From contig JAFQCL010000028.1 in the NCBI GenBank assembly GCA_017416425.1, positions 1,813-65,812 on the forward strand: a stretch of 64,000 bases of DNA, given 5' to 3'. Under the pieces are notes generated by a model that worked only from the letters and a program-made list of their open reading frames with translations, did no database searches and was not told the origin of the DNA. Origin of the DNA: Clostridia bacterium. Its GTDB lineage: Bacteria > Bacillota > Clostridia > Christensenellales > CAG-138. Numbering within the stretch: position 1 is the first letter of the stretch; each line of letters begins with the position of its first letter. The position numbers were made by a program, and so were the translations under genes. Positions 22,147 to 31,611 of this stretch are shown piece by piece.

Positions 22147-22223
22147 TTTTCCACATTGTCCACATAGTTATCCACTTTTTCAGTGTTTATTAACTTTTTA
22201 TTTGTGCATATGTGTGTGGATTT
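22147..22223 (+). promoter_or_regulatory. Cluster of DnaA-box-like 9-mers between dnaN and recF
   Basis: TTTTCCACA (22147-55), TTGTCCACA (22156-64) and TTATCCACT (22168-76) each have 1 mismatch to TTATCCACA and share one orientation. TGTGGATTT (22215-23) lies in inverted orientation with 2 mismatches. Confidence 0.6.
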
Positions 22224-22585
22224 TGTCGCTTAAAAACACATACGAAGCTTTGTTTGTTCTTTTTTTTCGTTTTAAAATAAATACTTAAAACCCAATATCG
22301 TATTCAGGTCTAACGCTATATCGGATAGGTTGTAATACGAAGCCATGAAACTATAATTTTTCCGTTAGGCTCTACATACAAAACAAAGTACGCTTGTTTT
22401 ATGATTCCGCTTTTCCGGCTTTAAGAACAACGTCAAATGTAACGCAAAGCATAATGGTGAAAATTTTATTATTACAAATATAAACTTAATACGTCTTTTA
22501 AAAAGGGTACTCTATAAGAACTAAAAAAATACGATAAAAAAACACAAACCTTAAAAAGCGCCAAATAATGCAAAATTTACCTATT

Positions 22586-22615
22586 GGTGCATTTTTGGTG
22601 CATTAGGGGTGCATT
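22586..22615 (+). repeat. Three direct GGTGCATT repeats at 11-bp spacing
   Basis: GGTGCATT starts at 22586, 22597 and 22608, immediately upstream of the -35 of the 22706 gene. Confidence 0.85.
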
Positions 22616-22629
22616 AGCATAATTACCTC

Positions 22630-22677
22630 TTGACTAGAACAAGCGTGCTTATTATAATTAGAACGAACAAGCGTTCA
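22630..22677 (+). promoter_or_regulatory. Near-consensus SigA promoter overlapped by two LexA (Cheo) box-like sites
   Basis: TTGACT (22630-35), a 17-nt spacer, then TATAAT (22653-58). AGAACAAGCGTGCT (22636-49) lies in the spacer. CGAACAAGCGTTCA (22664-77) lies just after the -10 and has a perfect GAAC-N4-GTTC core. Confidence 0.6.
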
Positions 22678-22705
22678 AGAATTTAACATAAGAGGAGAAA
22701 TTAGT

Positions 22706-23242
22706 ATGACATTAAAGAGCATGACAGAAGAAGAACGTATCAAAAAAGAGCATGATTTGATGGTATTACAGGATGCAGTAAACGCGTTTTACAAAAAAGC
22801 TACGACACCTGAAGAAGCGTTTTCGCAGACAGAAGCAAGGCTAAGGGCATATCCTATAATAGCAGCAAGGCTAAAGGATAACAAGGCGCAGCTTGAAGAA
22901 CTTTCAAAACTTGGAGTTGAAGCGTTAAAGCACAGTTCGCTTTCAATAGTGCGTATAGTATCACCCTCGCTAAGGCTCGACCCGGAGGAGGTACATGAGG
23001 TTCAAATGATGGAGCTTAAAGCGCGCATTGCCGCAGATACACGCGAAATCGATATGATGGATGCGGCATTTGAGTATGTGAGCGAAGACGATTATTTTTC
23101 TGTGATACGTCTAAGCTATTTCAGAGGATTAAAGGACGGCATAATAGGCGATAGAATATGCTGCGACAGAGCTACTGTTCGAAGAAACAGGCATCGTCTT
23201 GTAAAGAAAATGGCAAGCTACCTTTATGGTACAACGTTTTAA
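22706..23242 (+). CDS. Phage-type sigma-70 region-4-like transcriptional regulator (DUF1492/RinA-like architecture)
   Basis: GAGGAG RBS. There is an N-terminal coiled-coil-like segment. The C-terminal YFSVIRLSYFRGLKDGIIGDRICCDRATVRRNRHRLVKKM resembles a sigma region 4 HTH. The layout resembles phage late-gene activators. Confidence 0.45.
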   Translation: MTLKSMTEEERIKKEHDLMVLQDAVNAFYKKATTPEEAFSQTEARLRAYPIIAARLKDNKAQLEELSKLGVEALKHSSLSIVRIVSPSLRLDPEEVHEVQMMELKARIAADTREIDMMDAAFEYVSEDDYFSVIRLSYFRGLKDGIIGDRICCDRATVRRNRHRLVKKMASYLYGTTF

Positions 23243-23489
23243 ACTCCGGCTTTAAACGGCAGTCCCGGTTCCTCTCATATCCCATTTTGTTTGGACTCTG
23301 ATTTAAAAAATGGGATTTTCAATGGGTTAATACGTTTAAAACTTCAAAGAGGCGTTTTATTCTTTATAAAGCTTTAAAATGAGCAGTACAGGATAAATTT
23401 TTAAAAAAAGGAAACGGGCAAAGCTCTTTCATGGCTATTTTACATATAGTCAAAACAGGAGCTTTACCCGGTCTTTCAGACAAAAACTC

Positions 23490-24587
23490 TTAATTTATCC
23501 TTATAGGCATTATGAGGTAGCAAAAGCGATTTCCAAAAACGGGCTTTATCATACAGTTGCTCACGCTGGAATTAAGCTCTATCGCTATCTCTTCATCTGT
23601 AAGCTTGCTTAAAACGTCCGAGATATAGGCAGCCTTAAAGGAAATTTCTATAACATCGCCGCTACCCTCGCACTGCACCTCTTCCTCAGAGCCTCCTATC
23701 TCGCTTGCCGAGGTTATAAGTACCGAATCATTCTTAAACAGCATACGAACAACATCATTCTTACCCTCAAAGAGAAAAACATTAGCTCTTGCCACGGCGG
23801 AAAGCATCTCTTCACGATTTATTACAAGATGCGTGCGGTAGCTGCTGCTTATAACGCTTTCATACTTTATAAACCTGGTATCAAGCAGCCTTGCAACAAG
23901 TTTTGTACCCGAGAATTCGGCAAGCACATATTTGCCGGATATTTTAAGCTCAATGTCGCTCTCTTCATCGGTAATGAGCTTTGCTATAGCCTCAAGCGAT
24001 TTATAGCTAAGTACGATGCTTATTGGCTTTACCCTATTCTTTAGCGGTTCTTCACGCATAGCCATTCTATAGCCGTCAAGGGCGATAAGACGGATATTTT
24101 CACCGTCAATATCGGCCAATATTCCGCAGAGCATGGGATTTGATTCATCCTTTTGAGCGGCAAACGTAGTCTGACGCACCATTTCACGGAATACACCGCC
24201 ATTTATCGATATAGTAGTAAATTCGCCTATTTCGGGCATCATGGGATAATCTGCTGCCTGCGTTATCTGAATATTGCTCTTTGCTTTGCCGGAGGTCACA
24301 AGCATGCTGTTTTTCACGCTTTTAAAGCTCACCTCATTTTGCGGCATGCGTCTTATCATGTTTGAAAAGACCTGACTTGGAAGCACCGCTGCACCCGGAG
24401 TTTTAACTTCGGCGGGTATGGTAGTCTCGATGCGTAATGACATATCCGTACAAACCACAGTAAGCGTATCATTATCCGCTGATATATATATTCCTTCGAG
24501 TATGGGAAGTACGCTTTTTAATGGCTTTGCGCCAAGCGCTATGCTTATAGCTCCTGCTATCTCCTGAGTATTTACGTTAAATTCCAT
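23490..24587 (-). CDS. dnaN: DNA polymerase III beta sliding clamp
   Basis: Length is 365 aa with a three-domain clamp pattern and the C-terminal motif YLIMPIR. Lies immediately downstream of dnaA. Confidence 0.93.
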   Translation of the reverse strand: MEFNVNTQEIAGAISIALGAKPLKSVLPILEGIYISADNDTLTVVCTDMSLRIETTIPAEVKTPGAAVLPSQVFSNMIRRMPQNEVSFKSVKNSMLVTSGKAKSNIQITQAADYPMMPEIGEFTTISINGGVFREMVRQTTFAAQKDESNPMLCGILADIDGENIRLIALDGYRMAMREEPLKNRVKPISIVLSYKSLEAIAKLITDEESDIELKISGKYVLAEFSGTKLVARLLDTRFIKYESVISSSYRTHLVINREEMLSAVARANVFLFEGKNDVVRMLFKNDSVLITSASEIGGSEEEVQCEGSGDVIEISFKAAYISDVLSKLTDEEIAIELNSSVSNCMIKPVFGNRFCYLIMPIRIN

Positions 24588-24882
24588 CGCTGATGTTCCT
24601 TTCGTTTATGTTATTAAATAGAGTGATTGGATTGCGGATTTACATTTATAAATGCAGTAGTTACTTTTATTATAGTAGTAATAGTAGTAGTAATGTGAAT
24701 AATGTGGATAATGAGATTTAGACCATATAAATCCTCAAAAAAACTTTGTTGATAAATATGTGGGAAATCAAGGATTACTTTCCTCAATACCCACATATCA
24801 ACATTATCCAGAAATTATTCAGGCTAAAGTTTTCCTGATTGTGAAAAAAAGAGGTGGAAAACCAAGTCTTTAAAATTTTCAC
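24588..24882. other. oriC segment (dnaA-dnaN intergenic): DnaA boxes plus a DnaA-trio-like array
   Basis: TGTGGATAA (24703-11) is a perfect box on the complementary strand. TGTGAATAA (24694-702) has 1 mismatch. Seven consecutive TAG/TAA triplets lie directly adjacent (24673-93). Further boxes are TTATCCAGA (24804-12) and TGTGGGAAA (24759-67). Confidence 0.75.
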
Positions 24883-26235
24883 TTAAAGATGCTCCAGCCT
24901 ATGCTTAAGGTCATTTATAACGCCGGCAACAGCTGAGCCTTTATTAAGCTCCTCTTCTATCTTGCTTACGGAATGCATTATAGAGGTGTGATGCCTGTTG
25001 CCAAGCGCAGCGCCTATGTCGGCAAAGGGCATATTAAGCATGCTGCGCATGAGGTATATGCAGATGTGCCTCGGAACTACTATTGATGAATCACGGCGGG
25101 ATGAGGCAAGATCGCCGGGCGATATACCGTAAAGCTCCGACACGACCTTTTTTATGTCATCGGCAGTTATTACCCTTTGAGGAGCCCTTGGAAGCATATC
25201 CCTAAATGCCTGCTTAGCAAGCGAAAGATTTATAGGCTTTCCATGCAGGTTTGAAAACGCCACTATCCTGTTAAGCGCTCCCTCAAGCTCTCTTATGTTC
25301 TCATTCGTATTATTATCTGCAAGATAGTAAAGCACATCATCGCCTATCTCTATGCCGTCCTGAGTGGCTTTTCGCCTGAGTATCGCTATCTTGGTTTCAA
25401 TATCCGGCGGCAGTATGTCTGCTATTATACCCCACTCAAAGCGCGTTCTTAAACGCTCCTCAAGCATGTGGATCTCCCTTGGATGCTTGTCTGAGGTGAT
25501 TATGATCTGCTTATTATTTTCCTTAAGCGCGTTAAAAGTATGGAAAAATTCAAGCTGAGTACCTTCTTTTCTGGATATAAACTGTATGTCGTCTATCATA
25601 AGTACATCTACGCTTCTATATTTTTCCCTAAATTTTGTTGCGTACTGCACGCTGTTATTTGGGCTGTTTTGGATAGCTTCTATAAGCTCGTTCATGAACG
25701 TTTCTATTGTGGTATAGATTATCTTTATATTTGGATTATTTTCGATCATCATATGGGCTATGGCATGCATAAGATGTGTTTTCCCAAGCCCTACTCCGCC
25801 ATATATAAAGAGAGGATTGTATGCCAAAGCGGGGGTTTGAGCTACAGCCTTGGCCGCCGCGCACGCAAAACGGTTCGATTCGCCTACAACAAACGTATCG
25901 AACGTATATTTTGGGTTGAACTGGGTATTTTTAGAGCCTGAAACAGTGCTTTCACTCTCAGGCTTTTTTATATAAGCCTCTCTTTCGTTATTCAGCACTA
26001 TATTCACTTCAAGCGGTCTTCCGGCAGCCATCGTAACACAACGCCTGATTTGGTCGAGATAGCCCTGCACTATGATGGTATCTCGAAATAAATCCTTTTC
26101 TGACACCAAAATCAAAGTGTCGTTCATTATAATAAGCGGCTCAAGTGTTAATATCCAGTTTTTATAGCTAAACTCAGTGACGGCCGGCTTTATAAGCAAA
26201 AGAGCGCTTTGCCAGACCGATTGTGCGCTTTCCAT
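24883..26235 (-). CDS. dnaA: Chromosomal replication initiator protein DnaA
   Basis: Walker A GGVGLGKTHL, a DDIQF box, and a C-terminal DNA-binding domain with HTSIMHSV. Length is 450 aa. Confidence 0.97.
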   Translation of the reverse strand: MESAQSVWQSALLLIKPAVTEFSYKNWILTLEPLIIMNDTLILVSEKDLFRDTIIVQGYLDQIRRCVTMAAGRPLEVNIVLNNEREAYIKKPESESTVSGSKNTQFNPKYTFDTFVVGESNRFACAAAKAVAQTPALAYNPLFIYGGVGLGKTHLMHAIAHMMIENNPNIKIIYTTIETFMNELIEAIQNSPNNSVQYATKFREKYRSVDVLMIDDIQFISRKEGTQLEFFHTFNALKENNKQIIITSDKHPREIHMLEERLRTRFEWGIIADILPPDIETKIAILRRKATQDGIEIGDDVLYYLADNNTNENIRELEGALNRIVAFSNLHGKPINLSLAKQAFRDMLPRAPQRVITADDIKKVVSELYGISPGDLASSRRDSSIVVPRHICIYLMRSMLNMPFADIGAALGNRHHTSIMHSVSKIEEELNKGSAVAGVINDLKHRLEHL

Positions 26236-26685
26236 AATTGATACCTCATCTTAAAAAATCTTACGGGTGCTTTAATGCCGCAGCTTTAAAGCAGCTGCTA
26301 TTAAAGAAATACGGGTGCATACGCTAAGAAGATAATATTGGTATTACACGAAGCATACCGTCTAAAATCAACATATTGACGTAATTTTGATGGAGCTTCA
26401 ACATCTTGTAAGCAGAGAATATTGAAACCACGCATATAAATTCAATAGCACTATTTTATAAGAAAAAACTCAATTTTTCAAGTTTTTTTTCAAGGAAGGC
26501 TGGCAAAAAATCAGGTAAATTTTTATATGGTAAAAATTACCTGATATAAGATTATAAGTATCCGTATCATAGAAAGCCAAATGGGATGTTACGTTTTTTT
26601 TTAAAGACATCAGCCTGTTAATAATGAGATTATCTTTGATTAGGATATTTAATAAACGAGGTTTTAGGTAAATGCCGTTTCAAGC

Positions 26686-26722
26686 GGCCGGAAAAAATAA
26701 AAAGGAGCTTTTAAAAGCTCCC
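26686..26722 (-). terminator. Rho-independent terminator of clpX
   Basis: ggagctttt/aaaagctcc palindrome followed on the minus strand by tttttattttttcc. Confidence 0.7.
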
Positions 26723-26739
26723 ATAGCAGCTTATTTAAA

Positions 26740-28017
26740 CTACATTATACTCATAGCATCATTTTCGCCGCTTAAAAGCGCACGCTCGATTATAATGGGT
26801 TTAGCGATCCCTTTTACCACATCTGCGGTTATAGTGCAGCTCTCTATGTTTGGGTTTGAAGGTATATCAAACATTATGTCGAGCATTATGGATTCCATTA
26901 TCGCCCTAAGTCCGCGCGCGCCGGTTTTTCTGGCCATAGCCTCATGCGCTATCGCGATCAATGCTTCATCTTTAAACTCAAGCTTAACGCCGTCCATCTC
27001 AAATAAGCGCTTATATTGACGTACAAGCGCGTTTCTTGGCTCGGTCAATATCCTGATAAGCGCTTCTTCGCTTAATTGCTCAAGCGTCACGATGATGGGA
27101 AGTCTTCCCGTAAACTCCGGAATAAGGCCGAATTTTACCAGATCCTCAGGCAATATCTGCTTTAGAAGCTCGCTTGAATTGTTTTTTGCAAGCGGCTTCA
27201 CATCCGCACCGAAACCCATGGCGTTCGTTCCAACGCGCTTTGATATTATCTCCTCTATACCGCCAAACGCGCCGCCGCATATGAAAAGTATATTGGCTGT
27301 ATCTATCAGCATGCACTCCTGATGCGGGTGCTTGCGTCCGCCAAGCGGCGGCACCGCGGCAAGGGTGCCCTCTATTATTTTAAGCAGAGCCTGCTGTACG
27401 CCTTCGCCGGAAACATCACGGGTTATGGATACATTTTCGCTCTTTCTGGCTATCTTATCTATCTCGTCTATGTAAATTATTCCATACTGCGCTTTTTCAA
27501 TATCGTAATTAGCCGCCTGTATGAGCTTTAAGAGTATGTTTTCAACATCATCGCCTACATAGCCCGCTTCGGTAAGCGCCGTAGCATCGGCTGTGGCAAA
27601 GGGCACATCCAATACCTTGGCAAGCGTTTGAGCAAGCCAGGTTTTTCCGCAGCCTGTAGGTCCAAGCATTATTATATTGCTCTTTTGAAGTATTACGCCC
27701 GGGTCATTTTTTTTGGCCTTTGGCGAATATACACGCTTATAGTGATTATAGACCGCTACGGCAAGCGCTTTTTTTGCCGCGTCCTGACCTACTACATATT
27801 CGCTCAAAGTTTTCATTATATCCGCAGGCTTAAGCATGCGCTTTAAAGTGGCGGAGGACTGCTTATCCCCCATATCATCGAGTATGTCCATGCACGCAAG
27901 CACACACTCATTGCATATATAAACATCGGGTCCCGCTATTATTTTACTGACCTCATCCTGAGATTTTCCGCAAAATGTACACCTTACATTCTGGGGGGGT
28001 TTATCATATTTTGCCAT
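26740..28017 (-). CDS. clpX: ATP-dependent Clp protease ATP-binding subunit ClpX
   Basis: N-terminal zinc finger CTFCGK...CNEC, Walker A GPTGCGKT, and IYIDEIDKI. Confidence 0.97.
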   Translation of the reverse strand: MAKYDKPPQNVRCTFCGKSQDEVSKIIAGPDVYICNECVLACMDILDDMGDKQSSATLKRMLKPADIMKTLSEYVVGQDAAKKALAVAVYNHYKRVYSPKAKKNDPGVILQKSNIIMLGPTGCGKTWLAQTLAKVLDVPFATADATALTEAGYVGDDVENILLKLIQAANYDIEKAQYGIIYIDEIDKIARKSENVSITRDVSGEGVQQALLKIIEGTLAAVPPLGGRKHPHQECMLIDTANILFICGGAFGGIEEIISKRVGTNAMGFGADVKPLAKNNSSELLKQILPEDLVKFGLIPEFTGRLPIIVTLEQLSEEALIRILTEPRNALVRQYKRLFEMDGVKLEFKDEALIAIAHEAMARKTGARGLRAIMESIMLDIMFDIPSNPNIESCTITADVVKGIAKPIIIERALLSGENDAMSIM

Positions 28018-28147
28018 ATATTAAATTCCTTTCAGACTTTTTCAATGCAGAGACAAGCCCGCAAGCGTACTATCTGTCAAAAACTTACGCTTGCGGTCTG
28101 ATTATAGCATATCCTATTCAAAAATGGTATGTCAAAGATTGTGTTAA

Positions 28148-28738
28148 TTACCTTCTTGGGGGTATTATTTTGTCGATAATACCGTAATCAAGCGCTTCCT
28201 TAGAAGTCATAAAGTTGTCGCGATCCGTATCGGCCTCTATCCTCTCGATGGGCTGGCCTGTACGCTCGGATAAAATACGATTCATAAGATCCTTTGTACG
28301 AAGTATATGCTTTGCGGCAATACTTATGTCGGAGGCCTGACCCTTTGCTCCGCCAAGCGGCTGGTGTATCATTATCTCGGCATTTGGAAGAGCAAAGCGC
28401 TTGCCCTTTGCACCGGCCGCTAAAAGAAACGCGCCCATAGAAGCTGCCATACCTATGCATATGGTGGATACCTCGCATTTTAAATATTGCATGGTATCAT
28501 ATATGGCAAGGCCATCGGAAATAGAGCCACCGGGGCTGTTTATATAAAAATAGATGTCCCTGTCAGGATCCTCGGATTCCAAAAACAAAAGCTGCGCTAC
28601 TACAAGGTTTGCCGTAATACTGTTTACCTCATCGCCAAGGAACACTATACGATCTTTTAAAAGGCGTGAGTAAATGTCAAAGGCTCGCTCGCCGCGCCCA
28701 CTCTGCTCTATTACGGTCGGTACAAGATAGTTATTCAT
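28148..28738 (-). CDS. clpP: ATP-dependent Clp protease proteolytic subunit ClpP
   Basis: [22 protein letters not shown] and the catalytic-Ser context [11 protein letters not shown]. Length is 196 aa. Confidence 0.97.
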   Translation of the reverse strand: MNNYLVPTVIEQSGRGERAFDIYSRLLKDRIVFLGDEVNSITANLVVAQLLFLESEDPDRDIYFYINSPGGSISDGLAIYDTMQYLKCEVSTICIGMAASMGAFLLAAGAKGKRFALPNAEIMIHQPLGGAKGQASDISIAAKHILRTKDLMNRILSERTGQPIERIEADTDRDNFMTSKEALDYGIIDKIIPPRR

Positions 28739-28851
28739 AATATCCTCCAGATAAGTTTTATGATAAAAGCGGTTTAATTTAAATTTAACCGGAAAGGGCT
28801 TTACATATGCAATATTGACGCTATGCGGCCGTCCTTTGCTCCGTTTTTGGT

Positions 28852-28880
28852 ATTATCGCACGATTGTACTTTTGCGTCAA
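28852..28880 (-). promoter_or_regulatory. SigA-type promoter candidate for clpP
   Basis: The minus strand reads TTGACG, a 17-nt spacer, then GATAAT, about 115 nt upstream of the clpP start. Confidence 0.5.
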
Positions 28881-29205
28881 GCTTTTTTTCATAGGAAAGG
28901 ACTTGTTTTTACAAGCTTTAAAGAAAGACGCATCAATAGAGTTTAGCAAAATTTAAGCCTTTTTGCGCCTATTGTAGGTAAAACAGGGCAAAGAGGCGAT
29001 TTTACAAACTAACAGCTCAATATCCCAAGGCAAATCATCATGCATCCGGCTAAATACCAAAAAGGTTTATAGCTAAAATCGATTCGGGGCGTAAATCGGT
29101 TATAAAAAACGGTATGGCCTTTTGGGTCATACCGCCTGCCTTTAAAATTACATTTTTTAAGGTCTAGCCTCTTGGATATTTTGTAAAGCCGCCAAGCTCA
29201 AAATC

Positions 29206-29793
29206 TTAGGCGATGGTAATAGAGCGGATCCTTGGCTGCTCACCTATTACTTTGTATGTGATATCGGCCGATGGCGTTTTTGCTATCTCATGTACGATAT
29301 CCATACCGCTTGTTACCCTGCCGAAGGCAGCATATTTTCCGTCAAGATAAGCCGCAGCGGCATCCGTTATAAAAAACTGGGAGCCTGCGGAATTAAAACT
29401 TTCGCCTCTTGCCATGGAAATAACGCCTTCGGTATGGGAGAGATTATTTTCAAAGCCGTTGGCGGTGAATTCACCGAAAATACTATAACCCGGGTGACCG
29501 CTGCCGCTTCCGTCCGGACAGCCACCCTGGATCATAAAGCCTTCTTTTATGCGATGGAAGGTCAGACCGTCATAGAAGCCCGAACGAGCAAGGTCAACAA
29601 AGTTCGCAACGGTCTGCGGAGCTATGTCATAATAAAGCTCCAGCTCGATCACTCCGCCGTTTTCCATAGTAATTGTGGCATGTATAATGGTGTTTTCGCC
29701 ATTGCCGCCGGGATTTTGCTGTGTAGCGCATCCCGAAGGGATAAGCATGAGGAGCATCAGCGCCGCAAGAAAAATAAAAAAATAACGCCTCAT
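29206..29793 (-). CDS. Cyclophilin-type peptidyl-prolyl isomerase lipoprotein
   Basis: Signal peptide with lipobox LIPSGC, plus FHRIKEGFMIQGGCP and SQFFIT motifs. Confidence 0.88.
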   Translation of the reverse strand: MRRYFFIFLAALMLLMLIPSGCATQQNPGGNGENTIIHATITMENGGVIELELYYDIAPQTVANFVDLARSGFYDGLTFHRIKEGFMIQGGCPDGSGSGHPGYSIFGEFTANGFENNLSHTEGVISMARGESFNSAGSQFFITDAAAAYLDGKYAAFGRVTSGMDIVHEIAKTPSADITYKVIGEQPRIRSITIA

Positions 29794-30173
29794 AACAAGA
29801 TTTCCTCCGTATTATTTTACGCATTACATTATATTACACCAAAGAAGTATTGGCAAGCGCTTCGGGCACATTTATATTTTTTTTGGGACATAGGACATAT
29901 TTTTATTTGAGCCTTAACCCGGCCTTAAAATAAACTTTTTTCCGTAATTTTCTGCGGTAAAAGGCAAAAGCTTTATGTTTTCTGCCTGCCTCCGCCTGTT
30001 TTTATGCCGAATGCGGGTATTACACTTTAAAAAACCTTTATTTGAAAACCGCTCCTTATGGGCTTGACATTAAAGCCGAGTTTATAATAAACTAAATAGG
30101 TATGAAGTGCTAAAAAAAGGCGTTATCTTATTTGGCATTTCATATTCATTTTTTAGTGTTTAGGAGAAAAATC

Positions 30174-31292
30174 GTGGAGATTTTGCAGGAATTTTTGGGG
30201 CTGTTTTCAAATGTAGCCAATTTTTCATGGCAGCAGGGCGTTATGATACTCATAGGTTGCGTGCTCATTTACCTTGCTATCAAGAAGGAGATGGAGCCTA
30301 CGCTGCTGCTTCCCATGGGCTTTGGCGCTATACTTGTAAACCTTCCTTTTGTAAGCGCGCACGCCGTTGAAACGCTCTATAACGCGGGTATTGCAAACGA
30401 GCTGTTTCCGCTGCTTCTTTTTATCGGCATAGGCGCCATGATAGACTTTGGACCCCTTCTTTCAAATCCAAAGCTGTTTTTGTTTGGCGGAGCGGCGCAG
30501 CTTGGCATATTTATAACGCTGCTTCTTGCAAGGCTTCTTGGCTTCGCGCTTGAGGATGCCGCTGCCATTTCGATAATAGGCGCTGCGGATGGACCTACCT
30601 CCATATTTGTCGCAGAATACTTTAAGTCCAACTATACGGGAGCAATAATAGTGGCCGCGTATTCGTACATGGCGCTTGTACCGATAATTCAGCCGCCGGT
30701 AATACGCATGATGACCACAAAAAAAGAGCGCAGGATACGCATGCCCTATAAGCCGGCCGCCGTATCAAAGCTCACAAGGATACTCTTCCCCATAATCGTG
30801 ACGGTTCTTGCCGGCGCTGTAGCTCCAAAATCGGCAGAGCTTGTAGGCTTCCTCATGTTCGGCAATCTCCTGCGTGAATGCGGCGTTCTAAAGAGTCTTA
30901 GCGATACCGCCCAGAATGTGCTTGCAAACCTTATAACGCTTGTGCTTGGCATAGCCGTTGCGTTCAGCATGCGCGCCGAGGGCTTTGTTCGCCTTGAAAC
31001 GCTTGTAATAATCGGCCTTGGCTTCTTTGCCTTTGTGTTCGATACTATTGGAGGTGTGCTCTTTGCAAAGCTTTTGAACCTCTTTAGCAGGAGCAAGATA
31101 AACCCCATGATTGGCGCTGCGGGAATATCGGCATTCCCGATGTCCTCAAGGGTCGTGCATAAGATGGGTCTTAAGGAGGATCCCAATAACTTCCTGCTCA
31201 TGCACGCCGCGGGCGCGAATGTAAGCGGACAGATTGCATCAGTAATAGCGGGCGGACTTGTGATATCCATAGTGGAAGGCCTTTTGGGCTGA
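30174..31292 (+). CDS. Sodium-ion-translocating decarboxylase beta subunit (OadB/GcdB/MmdB family)
   Basis: Polytopic protein with EPTLLLPMGFGAILVN and GAADGPT motifs. A GTG start at 30174 lies 7 nt after AGGAG and is preferred over the TTG at 30132. Confidence 0.8.
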   Translation: MEILQEFLGLFSNVANFSWQQGVMILIGCVLIYLAIKKEMEPTLLLPMGFGAILVNLPFVSAHAVETLYNAGIANELFPLLLFIGIGAMIDFGPLLSNPKLFLFGGAAQLGIFITLLLARLLGFALEDAAAISIIGAADGPTSIFVAEYFKSNYTGAIIVAAYSYMALVPIIQPPVIRMMTTKKERRIRMPYKPAAVSKLTRILFPIIVTVLAGAVAPKSAELVGFLMFGNLLRECGVLKSLSDTAQNVLANLITLVLGIAVAFSMRAEGFVRLETLVIIGLGFFAFVFDTIGGVLFAKLLNLFSRSKINPMIGAAGISAFPMSSRVVHKMGLKEDPNNFLLMHAAGANVSGQIASVIAGGLVISIVEGLLG

Positions 31293-31328
31293 GCATTGAA
31301 TTTTGACCGAATTTAAGGAGTATGTGAT

Positions 31329-31556
31329 ATGAATTGGCAGTTATTATATGAAGCAGCTCCGGCTGAAGAAGAAATCACGGCTGAAGAAGGCGAAACAGAG
31401 GAATTTGAGATGGAGATAAAGCTTAGTTACGATACGCTTGCCGAATCAGGAGCAATTATGCTTAAGGGCATGGCGGGCATATTTGTGGTCATCGGCGTGA
31501 TAATACTCGTTGTATTTATCCTAAACGCCATATTCAGACCAAAAAAGGAAGCATAA
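31329..31556 (+). CDS. OadG-like small membrane subunit
   Basis: Single C-terminal TM with an LKGMAGIFVVIGVIILVVFIL pattern typical of decarboxylase gamma chains. Lies directly downstream of the beta subunit. Confidence 0.5.
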   Translation: MNWQLLYEAAPAEEEITAEEGETEEFEMEIKLSYDTLAESGAIMLKGMAGIFVVIGVIILVVFILNAIFRPKKEA

Positions 31557-31611
31557 ATAAAAGCTTGGGCGTGGATTTCCATGCCCTTATTTTTTTTAAG
31601 GAGGTAATAAT

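Noticed and set aside
24614-24796. A 60-aa ORF in the dnaA-dnaN spacer.
   Set aside because: It runs through the DnaA boxes and the TAG/TAA trio array. Its low-complexity ITTTITTII translation is a by-product of the triplet repeat.
28739-28900. I looked for a CtsR operator (GGTCAAA direct repeat) upstream of clpP.
   Set aside because: No tandem GGTCAAA heptads were found on either strand, only a SigA-like promoter.
29290-29910. Long antisense ORFs opposite well-supported genes. These include 29290-29910, 51436-52071, 14826-15365, 20481-20951, 16677-17138, 57936-58571, 30746-31270 and 39673-40023.
   Set aside because: Each lies fully within, or largely opposite, a gene with clear family motifs, and none has motifs or start signals of its own.
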